Source of the DNA: an uncultured delta proteobacterium
GTDB taxonomy: Bacteria; Desulfobacterota; Binatia; UBA9968
Assembly (NCBI GenBank): GCA_963771465.1
Contig: CAVYTU010000011.1
Span: forward strand, 64,001 to 128,000
DNA: 64,000 nucleotides
Reading direction: 5' to 3'
The notes below the pieces were generated by a model. The model saw only the letters and a list, made by a program, of their open reading frames with translations, did no database searches and was not told the origin of the DNA. The translations under genes were made by a program, and so were the position numbers. Below are positions 42,495 to 52,613 of this stretch, piece by piece (the stretch's first letter is position 1; each line of letters opens with the position of its first letter).

Positions 42495-44120
42495 ATGACC
42501 ATGGATAACACGCTGCAAAATATTCATACCCTGGTGGAAAAGGGCACCATCGAGCAGCGCTGCGCGGCGTTGCTCGTGCTCGGTGCTCTCAAAGTCAACA
42601 ACGCGGCGACCACCAAACTGATCGGCACGATCCTCGACAGCCCGAACCCGGTGCTGAAGGATTACGCCCTGCGTTATTTCGAAGAGGTGCAGCCGAAAAG
42701 CAACACGACGCAGCTGCTCAGGATGCTCGATGACGGCGACCGCGACATTCAAGAGCGCGCGGTCAAATCCTTGATCGGCATCGGCCAGGCCGCGGTGCAG
42801 CCGCTGCTTCAAGGCGCCAAAGATGCCTCGCGCACCTGGCAGTTAAATTCCGCGCGGGTGCTCGCCGCGGTACGCGGCAAGCCGGCGCTCAAGGGCTTGC
42901 TGCAATTGCTTGTCGCCGGTACTGATGAGACCAACAAAGTCATCTGCGATCTGATGACCCCGGCGTTGCGCGAGATGGAGGCTAAAGATCTCGACGCGCT
43001 CTACGACGAAGTCGAGGAGTTCGCGGCTAAGCTCGATGTCAAACAGCAACGGCCGGCGGCAGTTTCGTCGATGCGTCTGCTGGGGCAACTGGGCCGGCCG
43101 CCGGCGCGCCGCTGGTTGTTTAAATTCGTCGGCGCCGAGCACCATCCCGCCGTGCGCGCCCATGCTTTGGTCGCGCTGCTGCGCTGTTTGCGCGACCAGG
43201 AGATTCGCAAAGACGAATACGCAAAATTATTTCCCCTGCTCGAAGAAGCCGAGTTCAGCGAGGTGACGCGCTTGACCCTCGACCTGCTGGATGCCCATGA
43301 GCTGCCGGACGATTCGCGTTCGCTGTTAGCCAAGCTCATGCAAAGCCCGCATAGCGACGTGCAAAAATTCGCACTGAGGAAAATGGGCGATGTGGCGACA
43401 CCGGCGACCATCCGCACACTGGTCGAAGAGTTGGGCGACGCCGACTATCGCAAGCGCGACGTCGCCGCCAGCTCGCTGCGCAAGATTCCTGAAGCGCGCA
43501 ATGTTCTGATCAAAGAGTTAACGACTTGTGAAGACCCAAGCAAAGCCTGGAGCATCGCAGAATTGTTGCCATCCTTCGAAGGCAAATGGCGCCACGATAC
43601 CGTGGAGACGCTGTGGAAACGTTTGCAAGCGGCGATCGGCGCAGACGAGCGCATCCAGACCGCTTTTCTTCACGTGCTCAAGAGCGCCGATCAGGAATTT
43701 GTTTATGACAAGCTCGCCGAGCACGGCGCCAAACTGGTCAAAGGAAAAAAGTACAAAGAGGCGGTGGGGTTTCTCGCGCCGCTCAAAGAGTTTCCCGCGG
43801 GTAAGCCGGACAGCAAGTTTCACCTCGCCTTCGCGCAACTAAAACTCCACTCGCATACCGTGGCAACCCATCGCCAGCATCCAGCCATCGAGCTGTTCAC
43901 CGAGCTCTACCGAAACTCCAGCTATCCGGTTTTCGAGACGCTGCGCAAGGACAAGAGCCTCGCACCGGAGGAGCTTTTCTCTTTGGGTTTCGGCTTAGTC
44001 GAGCGCAGCGGTCAAGAGCGCGGTCTGGGCGTGGACCTGCTCGAACATGTCGCCGAAAAGTTTCCTCGCAATAAGATTGGCAAGAACGCCAAGAACAAGC
44101 TCAAGCTGGTTGGTGCGTGA
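42495..44120 (+). CDS. HEAT-repeat protein
   Basis: Repeated LxxLLxDxDxxVxxxAxxxL helices. Confidence 0.82.
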   Translation: MTMDNTLQNIHTLVEKGTIEQRCAALLVLGALKVNNAATTKLIGTILDSPNPVLKDYALRYFEEVQPKSNTTQLLRMLDDGDRDIQERAVKSLIGIGQAAVQPLLQGAKDASRTWQLNSARVLAAVRGKPALKGLLQLLVAGTDETNKVICDLMTPALREMEAKDLDALYDEVEEFAAKLDVKQQRPAAVSSMRLLGQLGRPPARRWLFKFVGAEHHPAVRAHALVALLRCLRDQEIRKDEYAKLFPLLEEAEFSEVTRLTLDLLDAHELPDDSRSLLAKLMQSPHSDVQKFALRKMGDVATPATIRTLVEELGDADYRKRDVAASSLRKIPEARNVLIKELTTCEDPSKAWSIAELLPSFEGKWRHDTVETLWKRLQAAIGADERIQTAFLHVLKSADQEFVYDKLAEHGAKLVKGKKYKEAVGFLAPLKEFPAGKPDSKFHLAFAQLKLHSHTVATHRQHPAIELFTELYRNSSYPVFETLRKDKSLAPEELFSLGFGLVERSGQERGLGVDLLEHVAEKFPRNKIGKNAKNKLKLVGA

Positions 44121-44175
44121 CCGAATCTTTGCTAGTCCCGCAATCTGTTTTTGGTTCCACTGCAAAGCAGAAATC

Positions 44176-44490
44176 ATGAAGGGCCTGGTTCTCTATACAC
44201 TGGCCGCGGCATTGTATGTCACCGGCGGTGTGTTCATGAAGCACTCCGCAGGACTGACGCGATGGTTGCCCGGGCTGGCACTGGTAGCGCTGTTCAGCGC
44301 CGGCGCACTGATGCAAGCCTGGGCGATGAAGCGCGAACCGCTGGGCTCGAGTTATGTTCTTGTGCTTGGTCTCGAAGCTCTGCTCGCGGTTCTTGCCGGT
44401 TACTTCCTTTTCGCCGAACAGATGACAATAAAAATGATTTCTGGTGTCGTCCTTGTGGTACTGGGAATAATTCTGCTGCGGCTATCCTAA
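44176..44490 (+). CDS. SMR/DMT small multidrug-resistance-type transporter
   Basis: 104 aa, 4 TM segments, MKHSAGLTRW, GYFLFAE, GVVLVVLGIILL. Confidence 0.8.
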   Translation: MKGLVLYTLAAALYVTGGVFMKHSAGLTRWLPGLALVALFSAGALMQAWAMKREPLGSSYVLVLGLEALLAVLAGYFLFAEQMTIKMISGVVLVVLGIILLRLS

Positions 44491-44512
44491 AAGCTAAGAC
44501 CGATGCGCCTGA

Positions 44513-45583
44513 CTAGCGCTTTGGCAGCGGTCCTGGTCCGGAAAGCTTCTTGAACAAGTCGATCAGCTCTGTTTCGCGTGGCAGCTCGCGCAATTGTTTT
44601 TCAAAATCCTCCGACGCCAGAGGCATGGCGGGCTCCGAAGTGAGTTTCTCATAGGCTTTGACGTACTCCGGGTCAGCGAAGGTTTTGCGCATGGCTTCAC
44701 GCAAAATTTTCACTGGCTCCGCCGGCGTGCCCGGCGGCAAGACAAACGGCTGGCCGGTGTCGCGCGCGCCGCGAAAAAGATGGATGAGGCGGCGGTCTTG
44801 GTTCGAGCGAGCGAAACTCTCGATCTCGGGAAGCTTGGCCAGCCTGGCATCGGTGTGGTTGATGCCCTTAGGGATATCCATGGTAGCGTGAATGTTTATC
44901 AGATCTTTATCCAACCAATGCACGTTGCGGGTCAGCAAGCTGTCGAGAATGCTTACCCTGGCGTCGATTTCATTTCTTTCCAAGGCGAAGTCGATTTCCC
45001 GCGGCGTATAGCCCGTGACAAAACGGGGCTCTTTCATGTCCAACATGTAGGTGAACAGCCGGGCCATGGTGTAGAGACTGTGGCCCACGGCGGGAGCGCC
45101 GATACGAACGCCGCGGCTCGCAGTCAATTTTTCCGCGCTGTTGAATCCGGCAGCTTTGCGGGTAAGAAAAGCATAGGGCGCGTAGCGGGCATGGGAGCCG
45201 AGATAAATGAACTTATCTAGTTCATAGAGCACGTCGGTTTCGCCGAAAATCGTGCCCTGAACCATGCCGGTGAGCATGGCGCCGATGGTCAAACCGTCAG
45301 GCCGAACCGACTTGTACATGTGATTGGCGGCCTTGCGCCCGCCGGCGCCAGGCATGTATTGCACCACGATGTTAGGATGGCCGGGTATGTGTTTTTTCAA
45401 GACCGGAATCACTGCGCGAGTACGGAGATCGCCGGCGCCGCCGGCGTCAGTGCCGCTGACGAGTAGAATATTCTTGCCTTCGTAGACAGGCGTCTGGGCT
45501 ACGGCGATTGAGACCATGGCGAGCCACTGCGCCAGCAGAAGGAAAACGCTAAACCCGACGATTTGAAGTTTGAATTTATCCAT
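44513..45583 (-). CDS. TctC/Bug-like tripartite tricarboxylate transporter receptor
   Basis: YEGKNI, KHIPGHPNIVVQYMPGAGG, PDGLTIG, PPGTP, C-terminal GPGPLPKR. Confidence 0.88.
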   Translation of the reverse strand: MDKFKLQIVGFSVFLLLAQWLAMVSIAVAQTPVYEGKNILLVSGTDAGGAGDLRTRAVIPVLKKHIPGHPNIVVQYMPGAGGRKAANHMYKSVRPDGLTIGAMLTGMVQGTIFGETDVLYELDKFIYLGSHARYAPYAFLTRKAAGFNSAEKLTASRGVRIGAPAVGHSLYTMARLFTYMLDMKEPRFVTGYTPREIDFALERNEIDARVSILDSLLTRNVHWLDKDLINIHATMDIPKGINHTDARLAKLPEIESFARSNQDRRLIHLFRGARDTGQPFVLPPGTPAEPVKILREAMRKTFADPEYVKAYEKLTSEPAMPLASEDFEKQLRELPRETELIDLFKKLSGPGPLPKR

Positions 45584-46413
45584 TAGTTGGTTAGCTCCCA
45601 CCAATTTTTATCCAAGTCGCTGAAGATAAAACTCGTTTTGCCGTTGTTGTTTTCAAGTGTGCCAACCTCGGTGATGCCTAAATCATTTTGTCTCGCTTCG
45701 AACTCGCGATGCGCTTGTTCCACTTCCACGGCTGAACCCATTTGCAACGTGAATCGGTTGACCGGCGCCAGGTATTGGCGTGGGCTGCGTTGCAGGACCA
45801 CGATGTACCAAGGGGTGGCTGGATGTTTGATATATTGCGCCGTATTGAAGCCAGCGGCGATTTCCAGACCGAGCACCTCGACGTAGAAGCGCCGGCTGCG
45901 CTCGACGTCGTCGCATTGAAGCGTGCCGTGGGTAAAAGCCTGGGGTACGTAACCGCGGCCGGGAAATTGTTCACTGCTTAATGTGTTGTCCCAATGGCCC
46001 GCCGTGTGCGAGCGGCCGTGCAGTGCGCCGCCGGGATTGTAGTATTCGATTTCCAAATGATTGCCGCCGGGCTCGTGAAAATAGATCGAGTAGGCGAAGT
46101 GCGCGCTCTGCGGTTTGGTGATCTTGCTCAGGCGATAATTTTCTTTATTCGCTTCGACAAACTTCCACGCTGCTTCCACTTCCTCATGACTGGCGACGCG
46201 AAAGCCATAGTGGTTGTCGAAAGTTTTTTCCGGCGCGCGGGGACCGCCTTCGTGAACGATCAGCTTCCAGTCGGTGTTGGGATGCTTGACCGTCGCTTCA
46301 CCCGGTTTGCGTTCGATCACTTCCATGGCCAGGAGATCGGTGAAGACCGGCAGCGTTTCCTCAAACGAGCGGCATTCGTAATGGCCGGCGATGAGCCCGA
46401 TAGTTTTAAGCAT
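45583..46413 (-). CDS. Two-domain VOC family protein (extradiol-dioxygenase-like)
   Basis: HYGFRV, IYFHEPGGNHLEIE, THGTL..RFYVEVLGLE, DLDKNWWE. Confidence 0.82.
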   Translation of the reverse strand: MLKTIGLIAGHYECRSFEETLPVFTDLLAMEVIERKPGEATVKHPNTDWKLIVHEGGPRAPEKTFDNHYGFRVASHEEVEAAWKFVEANKENYRLSKITKPQSAHFAYSIYFHEPGGNHLEIEYYNPGGALHGRSHTAGHWDNTLSSEQFPGRGYVPQAFTHGTLQCDDVERSRRFYVEVLGLEIAAGFNTAQYIKHPATPWYIVVLQRSPRQYLAPVNRFTLQMGSAVEVEQAHREFEARQNDLGITEVGTLENNNGKTSFIFSDLDKNWWELTN

Positions 46414-46504
46414 GGCCTCTCTCCTCAAATCAATATGGCGATAAAATTACTTGTCTGACGCGCGGCGCGCAAGAGGAGCGGTTGCACGGCCGGATCTTTC
46501 GTCA

Positions 46505-47512
46505 TCAGTTTTTGTATAGAGTTTTAAGAAATCCTTCCTTTTCTAATTCGTCGAGGATGGTCGAATCGATGAAACGGCGCGGGTCGGCGGTTTTGGCGCC
46601 AGGGAGTTTCTCCATGCCTTCGAGAATCGTTTTCACTCCGTCGATTGACGTGCGCGGTATGCGGAGCATATGTTTCGCTTGGATGGCATAGGCTTCCTTC
46701 ACTTCGTCGCGATTTTTCGCCCGGGTCCATTTCTGAATTATCTTGATGCTGAACTCTTCGTCTTCGAGATAAGTCTTCATGCCTTCCAGGAAGCCGCGCA
46801 TGAATCGTTTCGCCGTATCGCGTTGGCCGTCGATGAAACGTTTGCGCGTGACCACGGTGCCGGTGATGTAAGTCTTGCCGATCTTGGTCATGTCGAACAG
46901 TTCGACGTAACCCAGGCTTTTCGCGCGCAAGTTGCTCGGTAGGGAGATCGGCGCGGCGTCGATGACGCCGTTCACCAGGCCTTGCACTAGCAAACCCATC
47001 TCGTTCAGTTGCACCATGGTGACGTCGGTGGCAGGGTCGAGATTCCATATTCTTAACATCGCGCGCGCCAGGGCATCGGGCGTGGCGCCGAAGCGGGTGA
47101 CGCCGACTCGTTTGCCTTTGAGATCTTGCGGCGTCTTGATTTTCGCATTGACGATGAAGCTGTAGAGCGGCTTGTCGAGGATCGCGCCCAAGAAGAGCGT
47201 ATCGGCGCCGCTCAGATTGGCGCTGACGCAAGCGTCGGTGACCGACTGAGCGATGGCGACTTCACCGGCGAGCAGCGCTTGCAGAGCGGTGATGCTGCTC
47301 GCGTGAATGAGCTCGACGTCGAGACCATGTTTTTTGAAATGGCTGGCGTCGTGAGCGATCCACGGTATCGCCTGGTTGACGGTGATGGCGCTGTAAGCGA
47401 GACGCAAAGGAGTGGGTTTTGCGGTCTCGGCCGCGTTTGCCGCCGGGCTTATAAAGAAAATCACGGCAAGCCCGGCAGTCAGGCTGCACAAGTATTGACC
47501 TCTAAGCTTCAT
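46505..47512 (-). CDS. SsuA/NitT/TauT-type ABC substrate-binding protein
   Basis: FKKHGLDVELI, DLKGKRVGVTRFG, C-terminal FIDSTILDELEKEGF. Confidence 0.9.
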   Translation of the reverse strand: MKLRGQYLCSLTAGLAVIFFISPAANAAETAKPTPLRLAYSAITVNQAIPWIAHDASHFKKHGLDVELIHASSITALQALLAGEVAIAQSVTDACVSANLSGADTLFLGAILDKPLYSFIVNAKIKTPQDLKGKRVGVTRFGATPDALARAMLRIWNLDPATDVTMVQLNEMGLLVQGLVNGVIDAAPISLPSNLRAKSLGYVELFDMTKIGKTYITGTVVTRKRFIDGQRDTAKRFMRGFLEGMKTYLEDEEFSIKIIQKWTRAKNRDEVKEAYAIQAKHMLRIPRTSIDGVKTILEGMEKLPGAKTADPRRFIDSTILDELEKEGFLKTLYKN

Positions 47513-47739
47513 TGTTCTTCCATTGAGGCAACGCCAACTCGAATTATGCTTGCCAGTCATCGAGCAAAGTATCGTCTTCGCTAAAGGTCTTGCAAGGCGG
47601 CGGTGGATTAAAGTTTGCGGTGATCCTGACCGATCTAATGTAAAGAAGTTTAACAACGCGGCAGACTCACCTTAATGCCAAGGAACATGCGAGAAGCTAA
47701 AGGAGCGCGCGTTAGTTAATACGCGCCGGTGCGAGTGGT

Positions 47740-48228
47740 ATGGATTTCGCTTCGTACAGGACTCTGGTTGATGCGATGAGCGGGCACCCCCATGTGGTCA
47801 CCATGGGTGTTCGGGAGCAAATGGTGAAACCGGCAGCCGAGTGCGCCGGATTTATTGCCATGAGCTCAGCCGCCACTTTATTCACGCCGCAACGATTCGC
47901 TAGATTACGATTATGCACGTGCGGATTGGTTTTCATCGCGCTGCTGGCCGCCGATAATTTTGAGTTTCAATCCAAGGCCGCCGATGCGGGGTCAGCTACG
48001 GCTAAATTCCGAGTCAGCGCGCGTGTGGTCAGAAGCTGCCATGTTTCGTCCCAGACATTGATCGCGCAACCGAGCGTCACGGCGAATGTGCCGGTCAACG
48101 TGAAGTGCGACAAGAATGCCCCGAGTCGCCTCTCCACTCTGGAGCCCGTCCGTGCCACGGTGAGTTATACTTGGCTCGAAGGCTCGGAAGATTCTGCCGG
48201 CACCAAGCTCGTCACATTACATTTCTAA
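47740..48228 (+). CDS. Short spore-coat-U/Csu pilin-like exported protein (start uncertain)
   Basis: SATAKFRVSARVVRSCHVS, VNVKC, terminal VTLHF. Confidence 0.5.
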   Translation: MDFASYRTLVDAMSGHPHVVTMGVREQMVKPAAECAGFIAMSSAATLFTPQRFARLRLCTCGLVFIALLAADNFEFQSKAADAGSATAKFRVSARVVRSCHVSSQTLIAQPSVTANVPVNVKCDKNAPSRLSTLEPVRATVSYTWLEGSEDSAGTKLVTLHF

Positions 48229-48396
48229 GCCAGTGACGAATTGCCATTTCTCAATTCAATTCTTCAGCACTTCATCGATCACTTTCAGCGGCGCCCCAGC
48301 CATGCAGGCGAATTGACTTAGCAAAACGGTTTCTTATACTCATGCAACTTTATCGCTAGCGGAGTAGAATTAACCGAACAAGAAAGAGGTGTAACG

Positions 48397-49416
48397 TTGA
48401 TTTTCTCGAACATAAAGAACGCAGTGAACCTCTCGGTGTGGTTATTGGCCATGGGCGGCCAAATCGCTTGGGCGCAGAGCGACGACCGCACCAAGATGAT
48501 CGAAGCGGCGAAGAAAGAAGGCAGACTGGTTTGGTATACGTCGACCAACCTGACTGAGTCCAAGCCGCTGCTTGACGACTTCGAAAAGCAATACCCATTT
48601 ATCAAAGGCGAAATCGTTCGCGCCAGCGGCGAGAGGACGCTCAACCGTATCGTCACCGAAGCGCGCGCGAACCACTCCGCGTTCGATATCGTGACGATCA
48701 GCGAGGTCGATGCTTTGATCAACGCCAAACTGCTCGCGCCGTATCGCTCGCCGGAGGCGGCAAGCTTCATTCCCGAATTTAAAGAGCCGAACGGTTATTG
48801 GTCGGCGGTTTACATCAATTACACCACGATCGGCTACAACCCAAAGTTGGTGAGCGAGAAAGATGCGCCCAAACAGTGGGAAGATTTGTTGGACCCCAAG
48901 TGGCGCGGCAAGATCTCCATCGACCAAGAGCAGTATCCATGGTTTGGCACGTTGCATAAAGCTTGGGGGCGCGAGCGGGCGCAGAAGTATGTGCGTGGGA
49001 TGGCGAAGCAAAACATTCAGTGGAACAAAGGCCACACGCTGATCGCCCAGCTGATGACGGCGGGTGAGTTCCCGCTTGGAGTTATCTATGCGCACCGGGT
49101 CGAAGAGATGAAGCAAAGAGGCGCGCCGATTGAATGGGTGAGTACCGTCAATCCTATCGTGGTGACCGTTAACGCGGCAGGCTTGAGCTCCAAACCGCAG
49201 CATCCGAATACGGCGAAGCTCTTCTACGATTTTCTCATGTCCCGACCGGCGCAACAGCGGCTGAGATCGTTGCGGCGAATTCCGGCGCGGCCCGACATCG
49301 AACCATTTTCGCCACGCATGGAGCAGTCGAAGCTGAAATTGCAGGTCGAGCCATCGCAGACCGGACCGCAGTTCAACGCGACGATCAAAGAATTCCGCGA
49401 GATTTTCGGACTGTAA
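48397..49416 (+). CDS. Extracellular solute-binding protein (AfuA/FbpA-like)
   Basis: AAKKEGRLVWYTS, WEDLLDPKWRGK, PQHPNTAKLFYDFLMS. Confidence 0.9.
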   Translation: MIFSNIKNAVNLSVWLLAMGGQIAWAQSDDRTKMIEAAKKEGRLVWYTSTNLTESKPLLDDFEKQYPFIKGEIVRASGERTLNRIVTEARANHSAFDIVTISEVDALINAKLLAPYRSPEAASFIPEFKEPNGYWSAVYINYTTIGYNPKLVSEKDAPKQWEDLLDPKWRGKISIDQEQYPWFGTLHKAWGRERAQKYVRGMAKQNIQWNKGHTLIAQLMTAGEFPLGVIYAHRVEEMKQRGAPIEWVSTVNPIVVTVNAAGLSSKPQHPNTAKLFYDFLMSRPAQQRLRSLRRIPARPDIEPFSPRMEQSKLKLQVEPSQTGPQFNATIKEFREIFGL

Positions 49417-49478
49417 GCAGGTCAGCCAGAGTTTGGGGTTAAGCGCCGAGGCTTGTCCCGAGCGCATAGGCGAAATCG

Positions 49479-49571
49479 GAGCCGGAGCAGTTCGTCGACC
49501 TGAGTTTTCTGCAGGAGTTGGAGAAGGAAGGTTACTTCAACGAGATGGCGAAGCCCTATCCCGCAAAATAG
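49479..49571 (+). pseudogene. 3' remnant of an SsuA-type binding-protein gene
   Basis: EPEQFVDLSFLQELEKEGYFNEMAKPYPAK*, matching the C-terminus of 46505-47512 (DPRRFIDSTILDELEKEGF). Confidence 0.72.
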
Positions 49572-49655
49572 AGCATCGGATATTTAGCTGCAAAGAACAC
49601 AACGTACGCAAAGGGAATACGAATACTTTACCACGAAGATCGACGCGGGCTTTGT

Positions 49656-49916
49656 CTACGCCGTTGCGTTACGGGATCTGAACTTCTGGACGATCCATAA
49701 CAAGAGAAATGCGCCGACGATCGAGCCTATCCAACCGGCGCCCTGGCCGGCGTCATACCAGCCCACTGCTTGACCGAGGTACGTCGCGACAATCGAACCG
49801 GCAATCCCGATCAAGGTCGTCAGAATAAATCCCATATTCTCCTTGCCTGGCATGATGAGTTTCGCAATCACGCCGACGACAAATCCGATGATAATGGTCA
49901 TCAAAAGGCCAAACAT
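49656..49916 (-). CDS. GlsB/YeaQ/YmgE (transglycosylase-associated) membrane protein
   Basis: IIIGFVVGVIAKLIMPG, GIAGSIV, GWIGSIVGAFLLL. Confidence 0.92.
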   Translation of the reverse strand: MFGLLMTIIIGFVVGVIAKLIMPGKENMGFILTTLIGIAGSIVATYLGQAVGWYDAGQGAGWIGSIVGAFLLLWIVQKFRSRNATA

Positions 49917-49982
49917 GATCGTCTCCTTTGTCTACCGAGCCCTCGCCGGGGAAGTAGGGCATCCGCGCCGAAGTCGCAACCG

Positions 49983-50438
49983 CTATTTTAGCAGTTCGCC
50001 ATTTGTCAGCGCGGACAACCCTTGGTCAATTTTCTGATCGCTATTTTCCGGCACTTGTCCCTGCGGCGTAAGTCGGTTGATGATGTCCGGCAACATCTGG
50101 GCCATTGCCGAATTCGCCTGGTCCCGCGGCATTCTCAGCTGGGACGCCAGATCGCTGATCGTCGACGAGCCGAAGACCTGTTGTAGCTGGTCAGCGGAAA
50201 TGTTCATGTTTTGGCCGGTGCTTACCCAGGAGTCTGCATGCTGCGCGAGGCCGCCTTGACGGAACTTGCCAAGCACTTCTTCCAAGCCGCCATTTTGCTG
50301 CAGCATGGACAGTGCGATTTGCAGCAGTAAGTTTCCACTCTGCCCTTGGTTGCGCGCGGCGCCGAATGGACTTTGAGCTTGATTGCCGTCCAACAAAGAG
50401 CCGATCACATTGCCTAAGGGACCATCCAATAATCCCAT
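49983..50438 (-). CDS. YidB/DUF937 family protein
   Basis: MGLLD, GGL..KFRQGGL..SWVSTGQN, LPDIINRLTPQG. Confidence 0.92.
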   Translation of the reverse strand: MGLLDGPLGNVIGSLLDGNQAQSPFGAARNQGQSGNLLLQIALSMLQQNGGLEEVLGKFRQGGLAQHADSWVSTGQNMNISADQLQQVFGSSTISDLASQLRMPRDQANSAMAQMLPDIINRLTPQGQVPENSDQKIDQGLSALTNGELLK

Positions 50439-50673
50439 GGCTATTCCGCTCCTTTCAGATTGACATCAATCTGATAGTCGCACCTCTAGAGACCGAGCAA
50501 TGACTCTATCAGCAACTCTTTATTGGAAGCAATCTTTTCTGGAGCTGATTGCTTCTGTTAACGCTTAGTTGGAGTTATATCGGAATGGTATTGTCGCTCA
50601 AAAGCTGACCGTGGTAGGGCGATTGCCTGCAGAATGAATTTGGCGTTTCTCCAAACCAAAGGAGGTAAGGCTT

Positions 50674-50973
50674 ATGCAAGATAGAAAGTCGTTGCAATTG
50701 ATCACGGTAGCCATCGCTGTGTGCCTGGCTGCACTGTTGGGAGCTTGTAAAAAGGGTCCTGATGACGCAGCGTTGACGGCCAGCGTGAAATCGCAACTGT
50801 CGGCGCAAAGTCCGGCCTTGGCCTCCATGGTCAATGTAGAGACTAAGGAGGGAGTCGTAACTCTTACAGGGATGGTCGATAACGACTCGGCGAAGAGTCA
50901 GGCGGAGCAAGCCGCCAAGAGTGTCGCCAACGCGACATCGCCAAGAAACGACGGCAAACCCGATCCGTCGTAA
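50674..50973 (+). CDS. BON-domain lipoprotein, probably C-terminally truncated
   Basis: Lipobox LLGAC, DDAALTASVK, VETKEGVVTLTG; final GVxxVxN strand missing. Confidence 0.75.
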   Translation: MQDRKSLQLITVAIAVCLAALLGACKKGPDDAALTASVKSQLSAQSPALASMVNVETKEGVVTLTGMVDNDSAKSQAEQAAKSVANATSPRNDGKPDPS

Positions 50974-51157
50974 ATCCGTCCGCCCTTGAGAATTAGCTCG
51001 TACATAAGTTCACCTCGGAAGACCGACTATATGGCGGCGATTATGTTCGCGCAACTGGTATGTCTTGCGACTATTCGTTCCACGCGATTCGAACTTATTG
51101 GGCGCAGTCAGTAATTCGATACATGTGACTTGCTTGTCGATTCAGTCGCAATGGCTC

Positions 51158-52447
51158 TCAGACTTCTTGTTGCAAAGTTTTAAGAGCGCGCAGAACCAGT
51201 TCCCGGCGGAATGCTTTTTCTTTGTCCGGCGACAGTTCGCGATTGCCAGTCGGGCTCGTGATGCCGCCGGAGGCGATGGCCCGCAGCGAGCCGACTTCCT
51301 TGGCGACGGGGATCATCGTGCAGATTTGCGTCACAGGGATTTCCAGCTTTTCTATTTCTTTGCTGATCGCTGCGCCGCAGCGAGTGCTGGAGCCTCAAGT
51401 AGACGTGAGGATCACGCCGGTGACTCCGGCTGCTTTTAACTGGTCGGCGATCTGCCGGCCGATCTGGGTGGCGTTTTCCACCGCGGCGTGGGCACCGCCG
51501 GTGGAGTGGACGAACTCATGCACTTTACCGATGACGCCTTCGCGTTCGAGCGCGCGCATAGTGTCGAGCGGCACTAAACGATTTGGATCTTGATTGGCGA
51601 ATGCAGTGTCGTAACCGGAGTGGACGGCGTCGTATTTGTCGGCGGTGAGAGAATTCACGCCGCTGATCGGAATAGTGGTGAAGCGCGTCGGTCGGCCGGG
51701 TTCGAGGTTGTCAGGATTGCCTTCAATCACCAAACCGCCGTCGGTGACCAGCGCGATCACGGCTGACTTCAGATCGCCTAGCGGCGCGGCTGGTTTGCTG
51801 CCGGCGAATTTCGGTGGCGCGATCTCGGAATGATATTCTTCGCCGCGCAATTTAGCGAGCAACATGTCGACGGCGCGCTCGGCGGGCGGCTTGGCGGCAA
51901 ACTCGTTGCGCTTGATACCGCGCGCCAAGTAGCCTTCGTCTGCTGGTTTGCCGATCGCTTCGCGGCGCGCCAGCTTCAATCCGAGCGCAGCCATGTGCTG
52001 CAGCGTTGGCACCATGCGTGCGATGGTCGCACCGGAATTGACGATGTAAATATGCTTTCGGTACAGGCTCGCGCCAACGTTGTCTTCGTCCATGCCGGCG
52101 ATGGCGGCGACGGCGAGTTTTTGCTGCGCCGCGTGGCAAATCGCGCCGCAGGCGACGCCGTAGCGGCCGCTCTCGAAAGCCGGACCAGCGACGACCAGAT
52201 CGGCTTTGAGTTCCGCCATGCGTTGAACCAATGCATCGTTGACTTCATCTTGATGCTCGGCAAAATAATTGTCGCCGCAATAGAGGGTCGCGACGACTTC
52301 GCCGTTGTCACGGAGCGCCTGTTGCAGCGCGCGCCCAGGACCGATGGGTCCGTCTTTGATGCCGGGACCGACATCGCCTTTTTCTTCACCACCGATCTGG
52401 GCGAAGAACTGATTCAAATAGTGGACGACGCGGATCTTTGTGCTCAT
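51158..52447 (-). CDS. Glycine/sarcosine/betaine reductase selenoprotein B (GrdB-like), 429 aa with Sec at codon 351
   Basis: VVHYLNQFF..GGEEK; ILTST-UGA(51397-51395)-GSSTRCGAAISKEIEKLEIPVTQICT... continues in frame to TGA 51160-51158. Confidence 0.92.
51367..51394 (-). promoter_or_regulatory. Bacterial SECIS element
   Basis: UGA + 11 nt + perfect hairpin UCGCUGC-GGC-GCAGCGA with G in the apical loop. Confidence 0.75.
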
Positions 52448-52477
52448 GGTGATAATTCCGAAAATCTACCGACTGAA

Positions 52478-52610
52478 AAATCCGAAATCCGAATGTCGAA
52501 ATCCGCAACCAACAAAGCCGAAATTCACAGCTCAAAATTTGAAACGTGCCGGTTTGGAATTTTCCTTGTTTTGATCATTTAGATTTGTTTCGAATTTCGA
52601 TTTCGAAATT
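52478..52610. repeat. Heptamer-periodic inverted repeat (AAATCCG/AATGTCG ... CGAATTT/CGATTT)
   Basis: aaatccgaaatccgaatgtcgaaatccg ... gtttcgaatttcgatttcgaaattt between the grdE-like and grdB-like genes. Confidence 0.7.
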
Positions 52611-52613
52611 TAC

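Noticed and set aside
48442-49467. 341-aa minus-strand ORF (and similar long antisense ORFs, e.g. 26949-27746, 7985-8719, 21718-22128)
   Set aside because: Shadow frames of well-supported genes on the opposite strand, expected at this GC content
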